This document shows positions 38,720 to 52,079 of a stretch of 64,000 nucleotides of DNA, piece after piece. Each line of letters starts with the position of its first letter. Position 1 is the first letter of the stretch. The notes beneath the pieces were generated by a model, which ran no database searches, was not told where the DNA came from, and saw nothing but the letters and a program-made list of their open reading frames with translations. The DNA comes from Octopus sinensis (lineage: Eukaryota): NCBI RefSeq assembly GCF_006345805.1, contig NC_043001.1, positions 38,192,001 to 38,256,000 of the forward strand. Direction: 5' to 3'. The translations under genes were made by a program, and so were the position numbers.

Positions 38720-38926
38720 CAGTAATCCCTTGCCATATCATGGTTCACTTATCGTGCACCCAGTACATCGCAGAATTTTCTGGCTAATATATGTAAATTT
38801 ATATCGCAGACTCCTCAATATATCCAGGTTTCTGCAGCTGACAGGTATTTGTATTTTTTTTTGGATGTTAATTATTTCTGTGAGAGGTTTTGGAACGTAA
38901 CACCCGTGATAGTCAAGGGATTACTG
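38720..38926. mobile_element. Tigger/pogo-like MITE
   Basis: 13-bp TIRs CAGTAATCCCTTG / CAAGGGATTACTG with TA duplication. Confidence 0.85.
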
Positions 38927-39739
38927 TATTCACATATGTACATAGTCACGTTGGCTTATTTATGTGTGATAGTTCATATTTTCCACAATGAAAATATGTG
39001 AATAACAAAATGAAAAGGATTTTTTCAAATATAAAATGGAACTGTTGTATTTCAATAATTTTAAAGTAGGAATGTAATCAAAGTGTATGTTTTGTTTGAT
39101 GAGACTCATTAATATTGCATCATAATGACTGGCAAAATGTATTTTGCAGTGAATCAAAAGTTTCAAAACAAAATTCAAATAAAGCTGGATTTAGATAGTT
39201 AAATGGATTGACAGGATCTAATGAACCAGAGGACAGTATCTTGCTCAGCTCCTGCTGAATTGACCAACTTATACTGGCATGGAAGATGTAAAATAGTGAT
39301 GATGATATCTATAACATGGGATAGCACTGGCCCCTCTTTTTTAAACTATCCATCATCACTACCTTTCTGTTCTGCACCCTTATACTAACCCCTGACACAA
39401 TTCTTCTCCTTTCCTCTGTCTCTTCTATCATCCCCCACTTCAGTATCATCTCCTCTCCTACTCTCTCCACTACCATCCTCTCACAACAATGAATTGCTCC
39501 TCCTCTCATATATTAAATTTTCCAAGCACTCCACCTAATGTCATCTCTCTCTCCTTCTCTCTTTTACTTATTCTCTCAATCAATTGTGGAGACTCTTTTA
39601 CTTTGTAACCTTGCTAGTGCTGATAGCATCAAACAGGCTTTGCAAAGTAGTTAGGGGATTAAGCAGAGACAATACAGGACTGAAGGGAATTTTTAGTCTT
39701 ACTGAGGGCAATGAAAAAAAATAGTGGTACAATAATAAA

Positions 39740-39910
39740 ATGTACCCAGTACACTCTGTAAAGTGGTTGGCATTTGCAAGGGCATCCAGCTATAAAAAAA
39801 CTATGACAAAACTTACATATTGGGGCAAGATGTGATCCTCTGATCTGATGGATCCTGTTAAATGTCTTACCTATGCCCAAGATGGAATGTAAATGTAAAA
39901 TGATGATATG
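39740..39910 (+). mobile_element. RTE LINE 3' end, decayed
   Basis: gtggttggcatttgcaagggcatccagcta...atgatgat. Confidence 0.55.
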
Positions 39911-39925
39911 TATACATCTATCTAT

Positions 39926-39927
<2 letters not shown>

Positions 39928-39962
<35 letters not shown>

Positions 39963-40230
39963 TAGATAGATAGATATACATACATGTATACACACACACA
40001 CACATATATATATACATATATACACATACACATATACACAAACATATAGACATACATATAAATATATATATGCACATATATACACACACACATACACATA
40101 CATATACACACATTCATATGTATATGCACACACACACACACATATATATACACACATGTATATAAACATACATATCCATCTATATATATATGAATATATA
40201 TATCTATCAACACACACACACACGCACACA
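39928..40230. repeat. (TA)n/(CA)n compound microsatellite
   Basis: Directly visible. Confidence 0.9.
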
Positions 40231-40359
40231 CATGTTACAGTTGCAGTTCCATTATACAAGGAAAGTGCTGTGTAGAAAGGGTAGAAATGGTTCTTGTCCA
40301 AGGTATATAAATTCTGATAGGAGTTCGTATTTTGTTATTAGAAGTAGATAGTGTGGATA

Positions 40360-40905
40360 TATAAATGTCAACTGTGTCAGCCTTAACTTACAACGCCAAA
40401 CATGGTCACTTGATACTAAAACACAGATGTAGCGGGGAACCTACCAAAATTTCTAAGACCAGTCATGTGACTATCTTCTACCAATCAAATCTTATTCAAA
40501 ACATATACCATAAAAACAGGGCAAATTCAAACATTAGTCAGAAGCATAAGTCACATCTTTCTATTTGAACTTTTTTGAAAATCAGTGTAAACTGTTGTTT
40601 CTGGGGAGAGTCATTCTCCTTTAGTGCCTTATAATTTAACACACTCACTGAAAATTTTAGAAAAATAAATAAGTAAATGAGTGGAAACTTTACCGGTGAG
40701 TGTGTTAAATTATGAGGCACTAAAAGAGAATGACTCTCCTCAGATGAACAAAATATGCTTCAACACACGAACTCACATGAAGAATCTTGCAAACCAAACC
40801 CAAAAACAAAAAGTGTAAACTGTGAAACTAGTTAAAACTTCAACTATATGAATAAAAAATATTTTAACTATTCTCAGTGCATTTTCAACTTCTGTTTTCC
40901 CTATG
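40360..40905 (+). mobile_element. PLE pseudo-LTR fragment (family A), interrupted by a foldback element
   Basis: Matches the reverse complement of 58565-58830, which lies downstream of the GIY-YIG coding remnant. Confidence 0.7.
40596..40811. mobile_element. Foldback element with tail, flanked by a 12-bp duplication
   Basis: AGTGTAAACTGT at 40584-40595 and 40812-40823; same family as 17689-17910. Confidence 0.85.
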
Positions 40906-41071
40906 TCTGTGTGTCTGTGTGTGTGTGTGTGTGTGTATACACATATACAGATACATATATACATACACATACATATATATATATATGCATATATATATAT
41001 ACACACATATACATATATATACACATATACATACACATATATATATATATATATATATACATATACACATA

Positions 41072-41113
<42 letters not shown>

Positions 41114-41322
41114 CACATATGCATATATATATATATATTATATATATATATATACACATATGCATATATATATATATATATATATATACAATATGCATAT
41201 ATATATATATATATATACACATATGCATTATATATATATATATAATATACACATATGCATATATATATATATATATACACATATGCATATATATATATAT
41301 ATATTATATATATATACACATA

Positions 41323-41387
<65 letters not shown>

Positions 41388-41388
41388 G

Positions 41389-41423
<35 letters not shown>

Positions 41424-41439
41424 TATATATATACACATA

Positions 41440-41485
<46 letters not shown>

Positions 41486-41500
41486 CACATACATACATAT
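40906..41500. repeat. Long (TA)n/(CA)n compound microsatellite
   Basis: Directly visible; source of many spurious ORFs. Confidence 0.95.
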
Positions 41501-41502
41501 AT

Positions 41503-41710
41503 AAAGGGAAAGTTTATGAAAATAAACAAAAGATGAAGGCAGGTGGAGTACAAACAAACAAATATATTAGTATAGTGCTCAGGAATAGAAAAAGTCTTTT
41601 ACATTTCGAGCCTATGCTCTTCAACAGAAAGATATACAGAAAAAAACAGGGAGAGAAAAAAAAAGGAGAGAAAAAAATGCGTAGGAGCTAACGATCTATC
41701 ATGGCGTCCT
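41503..41710 (-). mobile_element. PLE-like repeat (family B) with hammerhead-like motif
   Basis: Homologous to 57040-57240; HHR-like motif at 41594-41633. Confidence 0.6.
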
Positions 41711-42020
41711 GACATATACATACATATACATATATATATATATACACATATACATACACATATACATATACACACACACATATACATACACAGACACTCA
41801 CACATATATATACACACAGACACACACACATATATATACACAGACACACACACACATATATATACACACAGACACACACACATATATACACAGACACACA
41901 CACATATATATACACAGACACACACACATATATATACACAGACACACACACATATATATATATATTATATATATATATATATATAATATATATATATATA
42001 ATATGTACACATGCATGCAC
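41711..42020. repeat. (CA)/(TA) compound microsatellite / minisatellite
   Basis: Repeats of cacagacacacacacatatatata. Confidence 0.9.
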
Positions 42021-43084
42021 ATACATGTTATTGTAAAGGCTTTCAACCATCTTGTAGTCAAGCTGCAGTTTGATAAAGAAATAAATATTGGTTCATGAGC
42101 TGTGTACAATAACAAGTGATAAGAAAACGTTTAACAAAATTTTGGCTAACAAAAATTCTTTGTAAAGGGAAAACATTTTGAAGATCTAAGAAAAAATCAG
42201 TGAAAAGTATGCAAGGAATATATATGAAAACTGTATGGCATTTAGCAAATACATCTTTGATCATTCTTAATAGATATACATCAACTTTCAATCATGCATG
42301 CACACACACACACACAGAGGGTATTTATGCATAATCAAAAAAATATAAAATCAATTATATTTTAGTGAGTATAAATTCTGAACTATTCACAAACACACAT
42401 GCATATGCTAGCACGATTAATTTGTACATCTATAGTCTACATATATTTACTTAGAATTTGATTAATATACACCAATCATGATTGTTAAAACAAAATGGCC
42501 AAGAATTATACGGAAACTTGAAATGGCTTACAATATCATATTGTTTCATAATGATTCATTTCAAATTAATTTATAATTTAAATAAGATATGTTCAATAAG
42601 TTAAATTCTCAGTGCACACAGATTTTTCAAAATGGCCACTTTAGATGTTGTATGGTGAACTAGGAATGTGTGTGTATGACAGTGAGAGAAATGAAAATGT
42701 TCTGTAATCTTTAATGTATTGTTGGGTCACCAATGAAGGCTTCATTTTCTTGAAATGTGTAAAGAGCAAGTCACTATTATGGAGCTCATCCACTTTAGAC
42801 TACTGAATACTAGAAATCACAGATACAAAAAAAAAAAAAAAAATTAATAATTTGATTGAAATGGATCAATCAAGAAAGAAACCTGCCTTGGAGGTTAGGC
42901 TTGATCCATTTATCATCTTAAATGTTTTGGTTTGTCTGAGTTAGCCAATGCAATAACTCAATAAGACATTTCCAATAGTTATAACATAAAGAGTTTTTGT
43001 ATTAATATTGATAATAAACAATCATCATTATTATGTTTCCAATAGTGTCATGCAAGTTTCTATTGCATTATCAGGTGCACCTGT

Positions 43085-43240
43085 GTTCCTAAGGTGTGTG
43101 CAGACTTTTCTTCTATGTCTTTATGTTCTGAGTTAAAATTCCACCAAGACTGACTTTGCCTTTCATCCTTTTGGGGTCGATAAAATAAGTACCAGTTAAG
43201 CACTAGGGTCGATGTAATTGACTAGTTCCCTCCCAAAAGG
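43085..43240 (+). mobile_element. tRNA-derived SINE, decayed
   Basis: ttctgagttaaaattcc...ctttgcctttcatccttttggggtcgataaaataagtaccag. Confidence 0.6.
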
Positions 43241-43799
43241 AGCCATACAGGCACTGCTTTAATTTTTAAAAATATATGTATTGCTTTCCTTATTTAAATG
43301 ACTTTACTAGTACTACACATTTGTTATATTATACACACTGAATCCTATATTAATCATATATAATTAACTTTCTAATAATTGTCCAAACACAAAAATATTT
43401 ATCTATTCCTATCTTGTGTCATTTATCTGCAACTAAGCTTCCTAAAGTCTAATTTCACTTAGAATATCATAACAACTAGTATAATTAACCACTAACAAAA
43501 CCCTCTTTTTTCTTTATGTCATCTACAAACATATCATATAAATACTTTTATCTCTTGAATACAGCTTTAGTATTGAATGAGTTTCTCATCTCATTTCCAT
43601 TCTGTCTTGCACAGAAAATGAATAGCACTTAGTTCATTCCTTTCAGATCATCGTAGATTTTCTGCATTCATTTTCTATATCTTCTGTGAAAAGCAGTTTT
43701 TTTCTTAAATCCAAAACACCTAACCATTTGATGCTCTGATGCACATTCTCACATGTGTGAGTGTGTACGCACACACATGGTGTTTCTATACATAGAGAC

Positions 43800-43975
43800 A
43801 CAGGCATGGAAATATGGTTAAGAAGCTCACTTTAGAATCACATTCGCATGGTTTAGAATTTGTTCCCACTGCATAGACAGTGTCACGTAGTGTCTCCCAC
43901 TACAGTTGTGGGTTGATCAATATCTTGTGAGCGAAACTTGTTAGCGGAAACTGGAAGAAACCCATCATGGATGTG
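43800..43975 (+). mobile_element. tRNA-derived SINE, decayed
   Basis: caggcatgg..atggttaagaagctcacttt...gttcccactgc, same family as 7838. Confidence 0.5.
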
Positions 43976-45043
43976 TGTGTAATCAAGTGCATATTGCCCT
44001 TAACTCGACGTGTGCATTGATTGTAAAACAAAGTATACAAACAGTGGCATTTGTTTGCATTCCTTTGCAAAAGAATATCCTGGCAGTTTGCTGTTTGATA
44101 GATAGGTAATTTTATTATATTACTTGGAAACTTGAGGTTGGTGATGAGAAAGGCTTTTAACTATAGAAAATTCTACCTCAATGAAGCATGGGAAAATAAG
44201 ACAGTAAAATGGGGTTTTTTTTTGTAGTTTCAGCTCAGAGCTTTGGCCATGCTGTGGCCATAATGATATACATACATATATGTGTGTGTCCTTATAGAGG
44301 TCCAGATGCATAACTGTTGACTTCTATTAAGGTTATTTACCTATCCCAGTTTATATAGTTTTTTTTTTAATATTACATGCAATAATTTTTCTCTTAGATT
44401 TTTCATTGAATACATAATCGTATATAGGCTTACTTAAATACATAAAGTGATTATTGAGCCTATTTTTTTACAATATTCTCTTATTGTTACAATATTATTA
44501 AACGTATAATGTAATGACAGCTGGATTCTATATATCTTCCTTTTCTCACCGCTTTTTAGTCCTATTCTTAAGTAACTGTAAGAGTAAGTACAAATGGTTG
44601 TGTGTAGACATTAATAGAAAGATAAGCATTAAAAAAAAAAACCCAATAGACTATTAGTCTTGAATATAATTCAATAAACTCATTAACAAACTAATTATTA
44701 AAACCTAAATATAGCAAGTGCCAATTTTGAAAGGAGTGAAAATACAGTTGATTAAATTGAACCAAATATATTATTGGTATTTATTTTAATGACGACAGCA
44801 GGTTGAAAGGCAAAGTTCATGTCCAAGGATTAACTTAATTATTGACACTCATATTCAGTTTTGTTGGCTCAGCCATTGCCATTGTGTTTATAATCTCTAC
44901 AAATATATGAAACATCAAATTGTGCTTAAAATGGGTGTTTATGAAATGTAAGAATTTGTTTTGAAGATGTTTTTGAGAAAAGATATATTTTCTACTTCAG
45001 TTTGTAAGCCATTGATGTAACCACTTTGAATACAAATGTGTTA

Positions 45044-45804
45044 CTAGAGATAACCATCTTGACGATATCTGAAAGGAGGTTCACTGGAATATATTGGTGC
45101 AGTACAATCAGGAATGTGGTCAGGAACAAAACTAGGAATATTTTCACAAATTGGTGTACTCTGTAGATTATCACTTAGTCGCTTTCCAGCTGTCTCAGTT
45201 CTGATGCTGAGCATTACAACGAATTCGAGGACAAAGAACATCAGCCAAACAACAGGATAGAGCCATACAACTGGACTATCAAGCAGAGTTGCATCAATAA
45301 ATGGAGTAATGAGACCAGGAATATTTGATACCATGTACACCCACCCAAGTGCAGTACTACGAATTGCTGTGGGATAAATTTCTGGAGTAAAAGTATTCAA
45401 GATTGAGTATATTGGCGCCATAAAAGCAAAGCAGGTCATGATAGTTAAGGTTTGTGCCCAGATAAGATGGGAAGTGCTCAAAACTGCAAAGACAGCTAAA
45501 AGAACTATGGTCATGCAAATAAATAATATAACAGACGTGATACGTCCAAGCATGTTTTTGCGTATAAAAAACAGTGCTAAAAACAAACCTGGAAGTTCAC
45601 TGATAAAAATGATGAAAATAATGAAATATCCACCAAGATTCAGTTTATCAGACATATATTGTGGAAGATAAGTAGTGACACCCCAATATCCAGTTGCCTG
45701 GAATAGCCATACTAAGGAAATGGTCAGAGTGCGATAACGAAATTCCCTTGTAAAAAGATCTTTAATTTGTCCTCTGCTGTGACTTGGAATTCCAGAGAGT
45801 TTGC
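45044..45804 (-). CDS. SVOP/SV2-related MFS transporter, terminal exon 3
   Basis: tttcag acceptor; GKLSGIP...DLFTREFRYRTLTISLVWLFQATGYWG, then ORF 45044..45655 with TPEIYPTAIRSTALG and ETAGKRL; 761 nt, in phase. Confidence 0.92.
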
Positions 45805-46382
45805 CTGAAAGTAATAAAAATTTGCAACATATTTATATTGTATCAGAAATGAATTCAATGAGTGACACAAGTAGATTAAGAATTAAAGGACAGGTGAACT
45901 AAGGAAAGGCAATATTGCATATTGCAGGCTTGTAATCTACTGATGGAATAGTTTGTGGTTACTAAAGGCAGAAGTAAACCAAGAAAAATATAGCATGATT
46001 TAACAAGACATGACTTGACAGAAGCTGTAATTAACAAACTAAAAGAACAGCAGAGGTGCAACATTTCAGAACAATAATATAATATAATCATTTACAGTAG
46101 GTGATGATGATGATGATAAGGAAAAAGCAAAGTGGAGAATTATAGAAGGATTTATTATTGTGTAAGACAAAAATGTATGATCAGTTCCCCTAAATTTCCA
46201 AAGAAAATAAACAAAAATGATATAAAGAGAATATCAGAGAGAAAAATAATTTTGTCTAAGACAAAGGAGCCGTAGCTATGTAGGAAGAGATAGAAGACCT
46301 ATCTCCAAATTAAATTTGGAAGGGTGGTGAGTTGATAAAGATATTCTTTTTTAGGAATAAGATATCTGGTCAAAGCTAATAA

Positions 46383-46952
46383 TATTGGGTTGTCTGGAAA
46401 GTTCGTGCTGTTTTATAGTAGCTTACCTTTCGACTTATTTTAGAACATGTTTGAGTCCATAAAATAAGATTTGACTACACCTCCATTTAGAGCACAGTTT
46501 AAGCTATCTTTTTGTGAAAGAAGGTTTATGTTCCTATAACCTGTGTTAATTCTGTAACCCTTTAAAATGGAAGATAAGAAAGTTCATTTTCGGCACTTGA
46601 TGCTTTGGGAACCAGACAAAAATTGCTGCAGCTCGGCTGGGATGTGTTACCACACCCTCCATATTTACCAGATATTGCTCCTTCGGATTTCCACTTATTC
46701 AGGTCTCTGCAGAATAGTCTTAATGGTAAAAATTTCAATTCCTTGGATGACATAAAACGATACCTTGATGAATTCTTTGCCATGAAACCACCTCAATTCT
46801 GGGAAGAGGGTATTTTCAAGTTAAAGGAAAGATGGAGATGCATTGTGCAACGAAATGGTTCATATTTGGTTGATTAAAAATGTAATAGCAAGTATTTATT
46901 GACCTTTTTCTTTCCTTTAAAAATTGGCACGATCTTTCCGAACAACCCAATA
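46383..46952 (+). mobile_element. Internally deleted mariner element
   Basis: About 24-bp TIRs ttgggttgtctggaaagttcgtgc / gcacgatctttccgaacaacccaa with TA TSD; encodes MEDKKVHFRHLMLWE and LGWDVLPHPPYLPDIAPSDFHLF...ERW. Confidence 0.92.
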
Positions 46953-47087
46953 TTTACAAAACACAAGATGTTGGGTTTAAAGGATGTGACAAAACGGAGA
47001 ACTGTGTCATAAGAATATAAATAATGGGGTTAGAGGTAATCCAAAACATGTCCTTATAGAAAGATATAACAATTTTTTGCAACATAC

Positions 47088-47366
47088 CTGCAGGAAGTGG
47101 AGTTTTATTTATTTGTGCAATTTTGGTAACAACCATCCATGCTTGTTCCTTTTCTCCACTAATCATTAGAAACCTTGGTGATTCATATCTTGCGAAAAGG
47201 CGGAAGATAAGAGTGATTAAAAAAGGAGTAGCACAGGCGACAACAAAATATCTCCAGCCATGCGTTGGGATCAAAAGCCAAGCCATTGCCCCTGTAAAAG
47301 CAGTTCCTAATGTACCACACATTGTGATGATAATAAGGTAACTGCGTTTCTGTCGAGGTAAAAACT
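47088..47366 (-). CDS. SVOP/SV2-related MFS transporter, exon 2
   Basis: ttttacag acceptor, G|gtatgt donor; 279 nt; EFLPRQKRS...GWRYF...YESPRFL motifs. Confidence 0.93.
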
Positions 47367-47917
47367 CTGTAAAAGTTACAAAAACAAAATATTTGAATAA
47401 ATAACACTAAAAACTAATGTAAAAACATTAAGTATAATTCAAAACATTTACATTAGCGTTCAAAACAAAACGACAAAGGGAATGCTATTTTACAAGTGTT
47501 CTAGAATGTATATTAATGGAAATTATGTGACAATTTAAGTGGAGCTTAAATATAAAATCATAAATTAGATTTTCTTTAATTTTATAATTACATTAAAAAT
47601 TTCTATCTGCTTTTATATTCATTCACAGATGATCGAATAAAAAGTTTTAGGTTTTGCAAATTTGTGCATAGTATTTGAATAAGTTTGTTGTGAGTATGTA
47701 TTACTCACACACATACATACATACATATACATATATGTTCGTTTTACTTCTGACCATTCAATGATATGTTAGGAGTCATAAGTTCTGTTAGCAAACTGAA
47801 ACATGCAGAGTAATGTACCTTGATTAAAGGTTTAATGCTATAGCTGTAGCAATATAAAATTATGTAGGGCCTATAGGACTGGGAATATATAAGAATGGCA
47901 ATGTTGCAGGAATAAAC

Positions 47918-48090
47918 AAGGCGGTGAGCTGGCAGAAACGTTAGCATGCTGGATGAAATGCTTAGCGGTATTTCATTTGTCTTTATGTTCTGAGTTCAAA
48001 TTCCGCCTAGGTCGACTCTGCCATTCACCCTTTCGGGGTTGATAAATTAAGTACTAGTTGCATGCTGGGGTCGATCTAATCGACCGGCAT
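47918..48090 (+). mobile_element. tRNA-derived SINE
   Basis: aaggcggtgagctggcagaaacgttagc...gagttcaaattccgcc, 8525 family. Confidence 0.75.
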
Positions 48091-49659
48091 ACATTAAAAG
48101 CATTACAATATTTAGTTTTTCCCTTCTGAATTGCTTTCTAGTTGATAATATAACCATTAGCAATATACTAAAAATTTAATTGATTTGAATAAATGGGCTT
48201 GTGAAAACAGATGTTGAATAGGAATGGATACTGTTTTTGGAAAAATTTGATCTATTCAAGAATTAATGCATATAAATTTGTCAGTATTAGTGTTTTAATA
48301 TTAAACATTACAAAACTATGGAGTTACCATAGTCTGGTAAAACAGTGGAAGTGCACATAACTTGAAGAGGTATGCTTATTTCACCAGTGTGAGATGGAAC
48401 TCATAGCATGGAGTGATGGGTTGTGTCATTGTCCTATGAATTATATATGTTTATGATAGAATAGGAGAGATAATGAAATCTTAAAAAGGATCTTGTTTAT
48501 AAGGATTTGTAACCCCTCTTGTTATATACAAATACAGTATGGTCAAAGGCGTAAGTTATACATCTATTTTTATGACAACCTTGCAGGAAATAGTGATTAT
48601 GAGCCCCATTTTGTCAAAGGTTTTTTATACACTAGAGCCTTCAGTCTTCCATGAATTAAGAACTTTGTTTTTGAAAGGAAAGAAACTATTCATATATCAT
48701 ATAAAAAATAATCTTACACTGTTGATCTTGAAGTTAAATATGTGTTCATTAATAATTGCCTCAAATTATTAAACTTAGAAATGTTTGAAGTATCAAGTTG
48801 TTAAAAAATGGAGTTTTCACTTCTCAAAGATTAAGACAGAGTGGATATTAAGTGGGGGAGATAGATTTGCAAGAATAGGGTCTATTTCTGTAACACAGTC
48901 TTATGGTAACTACTAAGATGCTGTTGTAGGAATTTAATAGTGTTAATAGATAGTAGGACTTTGGAAGTTAACAGTTGGGGGGGGGGTAATAGTGATAAAG
49001 GATGACTGAAGTCATCTACTTGGCAAGGAACTAGAACGTATGATTACTCAGAAAAAGAAGTAATATGCTGGATAAAAGTGTAATGTGCCCCCTAAATAAT
49101 TTCTGTATTATTATAGAGTAAGCAAATAAATTTATCAACTATTATGTTGATAAACATATTTTAAAAATAATATTTTGATCAAATATTTAACGAAACATTT
49201 CTTATCAAATCATTTAGGAATATTAGAGCTTTTGGCTCTTGGATGAGTGAGATATGTTGGATTAGGATACATTTGTGATATCAAATTTAAGGGTTTTCAA
49301 AATTTTCGGTGCAATATATCAATACTTTAAAGGTTAGTCTTTGGTACTTTGTAAAACAGTTTAAAATGAATGTCAATAGCTGATAATAGTTATAAAAAAT
49401 AGTTAAATGAAATTATTTAACTGTGACAATGCTTCCCTGCTGATGACTTACAGTAAAGGTCACTATGTTTGCTATTCGTTTAGTGAAAAATGAAATGAGT
49501 AAAAATAAAGCTACACACAAAAATTTCACATCAAAAACAAAAAAAAAAGAATGTAAACAAATCGATCTGTCTTAAAACAAACTATATAAGCAAAGAGAGA
49601 GAGAAAGAGAGAGAGAGAGATTGTGAGAGAGAAAGAGAGAGAGAGAAGTAAGATCTTAC

Positions 49660-50209
49660 CTATAGGAAGAACAAAAGCGAGTGCCGCTAAACCGCCTTTT
49701 CCAAAAGAGACAAATGATCTAAACACAACTAGAATAGGAAAGTTAGTCGCAAAAGTAGATCCGATTGCAAATATGCAACATATGGATACCGTAAGTACAA
49801 ATGTAAACTGGCGGCCATGCCTGTCACTGAGGATTCCAAAAAGATATTCTCCAAACATCGATGCAAGTCCATTGCAGAAGGGGAGCCATGGAAATACCAT
49901 ATCGCTTAAATGCCATTCTTTCTTAATTGGTTCATTAAGAAATACAAAAACCATGAGTTCACTGCAAACTGCAAAATAAGCGGTTCCACCAAGCAATATA
50001 ATCAAAATATGAAATCTACCAAATTTGATATCAGTTAAAACATCATCAAGGCTTCGCTCAGTTTCTTCACAAAACTGAAAACTTAATGTGTCATATTGTG
50101 GCGGAGGATCTTCTTCATCAGTGTTGACCAAACTTACATTGTCCTGCAATGTTTGACCTTCGTCGCTGTCGGTAGACATTGTGACCGACCCGATCATTGC
50201 TTCTGACAT
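49660..50209 (-). CDS. SVOP/SV2-related MFS transporter, exon 1
   Basis: ATG at 50209; acidic N-terminus, DDVLTDIKFGRFH, MFS motif A GILSDRHGRQ; G|gtaaga donor; 550 nt; total CDS 1590 nt (529 aa). Confidence 0.92.
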
Positions 50210-51729
50210 TTAATTATAAACATTATAATGTTGAGAAATAAATAACTGTCTGCTATTGTATATTTGCTTTCAGCGACTAAAGAGTTCTTAAGCGGTGATT
50301 TGTTTAAAATGCCACCAATGAAAATATGAATTTTAGAGAAGTTTCTTTTTAAGCTAAAGCAGTATAACAATATTTTACCTTTAATAAAATTGCCTTGCAA
50401 AAATAAGTAAGTTAAAATAAGAAGTATTTTATTGCTGATGGATTTAATAAAATGGTTTTTATTGTTTAAATTCGAGCTAAAATGGGAATGTAGCTCTACA
50501 AGTCTTGTGCGCTAGTGTGTGTATGTTTATGCGTGTGTTAATAAAAGTATTTATACACCGTTATCGGCCTTGATAATTTGAGTCTACACATACATGCAAA
50601 ATGTCTCATGTATTCTGTCAGATTATGCCACCTACTTTTTAAAATGTTAGCCACGTAATTCTAGTCGTATTATATTACGTGTAACAGAGGCGCCCAAATG
50701 TAACTGTAACTATTTGGTTTAGACATAAAACTGTTGGAAATTTCATCAAAAGTAAAATAAGTAAATGATCTTTTTTTCTACTGTGGTACACTTACTAGCA
50801 TAATAATTAAAGAAAATAATACTTAAAAATAAAGAAAACAATGCAAAATGAAATAGATTTGATATTTTATCCTTTTCTTCAGTTAGCAAAGAGCGGCTAC
50901 GCTGGAGCACCGTCTTGAACAGGTACTTGTACATATTGTAGTGGAATCTCTTTGCCGAACTGGTAAGTTAAGGAGAACGTAAACAAAACGGTGGGCATAA
51001 ATTGGAATTTCTCCATTTTGACGGACATTTCAGATTTTTTTTCACGGTGCCCTTGGGAATAATTTAGAGTATCGTCTTCACATACAAAAAAATTTTTTTT
51101 TACTGCTCCACTCGCATCTCCAGACCGATTTTGGGGGGAGGGGGCATTACGCACTTGAAAAGTAAAGCTTTTTTCGATAAAAATGCAGTAAATATTTTCA
51201 GACGAAAAGGTGTGTGATTTGGCTGTTATTTCTAGCATTATCCCATGACCGGTAAGGGTTTATAAAAATCAAAAAAATTTTTTAATAGCGTGTTTATGCT
51301 ATTAATGGGGAAAATATTGAAAAACATCAATACTTGTAAGAGTGAGAAAGAAATGAGGAAGGTGGTCATAGGATATTCTAGAAACAACAGCTAAATCTCC
51401 CTTTACTCACCTTTTCGTTTGAAAATATTTACTTCTTTTACCGTAAAGACTTCTATATTTTTTAAGTGCGTAGTGCTAAAAAAAAAAAGAACATCGTACA
51501 GTGCCCACAAAATCGACCAAAATCAGTTTGGAGAGGGGAAAAGGGTGAAAAAAAACATTCTTCAAAAAGTTGTTTTTTTTTTGTTAAAGAGATGCTCCAG
51601 ATCATCTCCAAGGGTACCGTGTGAGAAAAATCTGAAAAATTCCGGCTTATGTGGGCCACCTATCGCTGATGTCCGCCAACAAAACTACATTAGTTGTCAA
51701 GCGGTGGAGAGGGACACACATACACACAC

Positions 51730-51835
51730 ACGACTGACTTTTTTCACTTTCCATCAAATTCATTCAGAAGGCTTTGGTCAGCTCAGGGCTATAGTAGAAG
51801 ATACCTGCCGGAGTTATCACATCGATCCTGGGAGT
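51730..51835 (-). mobile_element. tRNA-derived SINE fragment
   Basis: caaattcattcagaaggctttggtcagctcagggctatagtagaagatacctgcc, 7838 family. Confidence 0.6.
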
Positions 51836-52079
51836 TAAAAATTCAAAAACTACTTGATATAATACGCGATCTTTATAATATCACAAGAAACGTTTTTTTT
51901 TTCTAATATAGGCAATGATGTGATGACAAAATAGGTTCCATTTTCAAGTACAAGTGTAAACGTGTCCTATTTTTTATTGCGAATGCTTGCTGTCAATTTT
52001 AAACTATAGAGTATATCATGTTTCTGGACCCGAAGTAGAAATAATGATTTGTAATGTTTGCTGATACTTTAAAATTTTA

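Noticed and set aside
49623-49979. Plus-strand ORFs overlapping the transporter exons (also 45438, 47123)
   Set aside because: Antisense shadows of the real minus-strand CDS.
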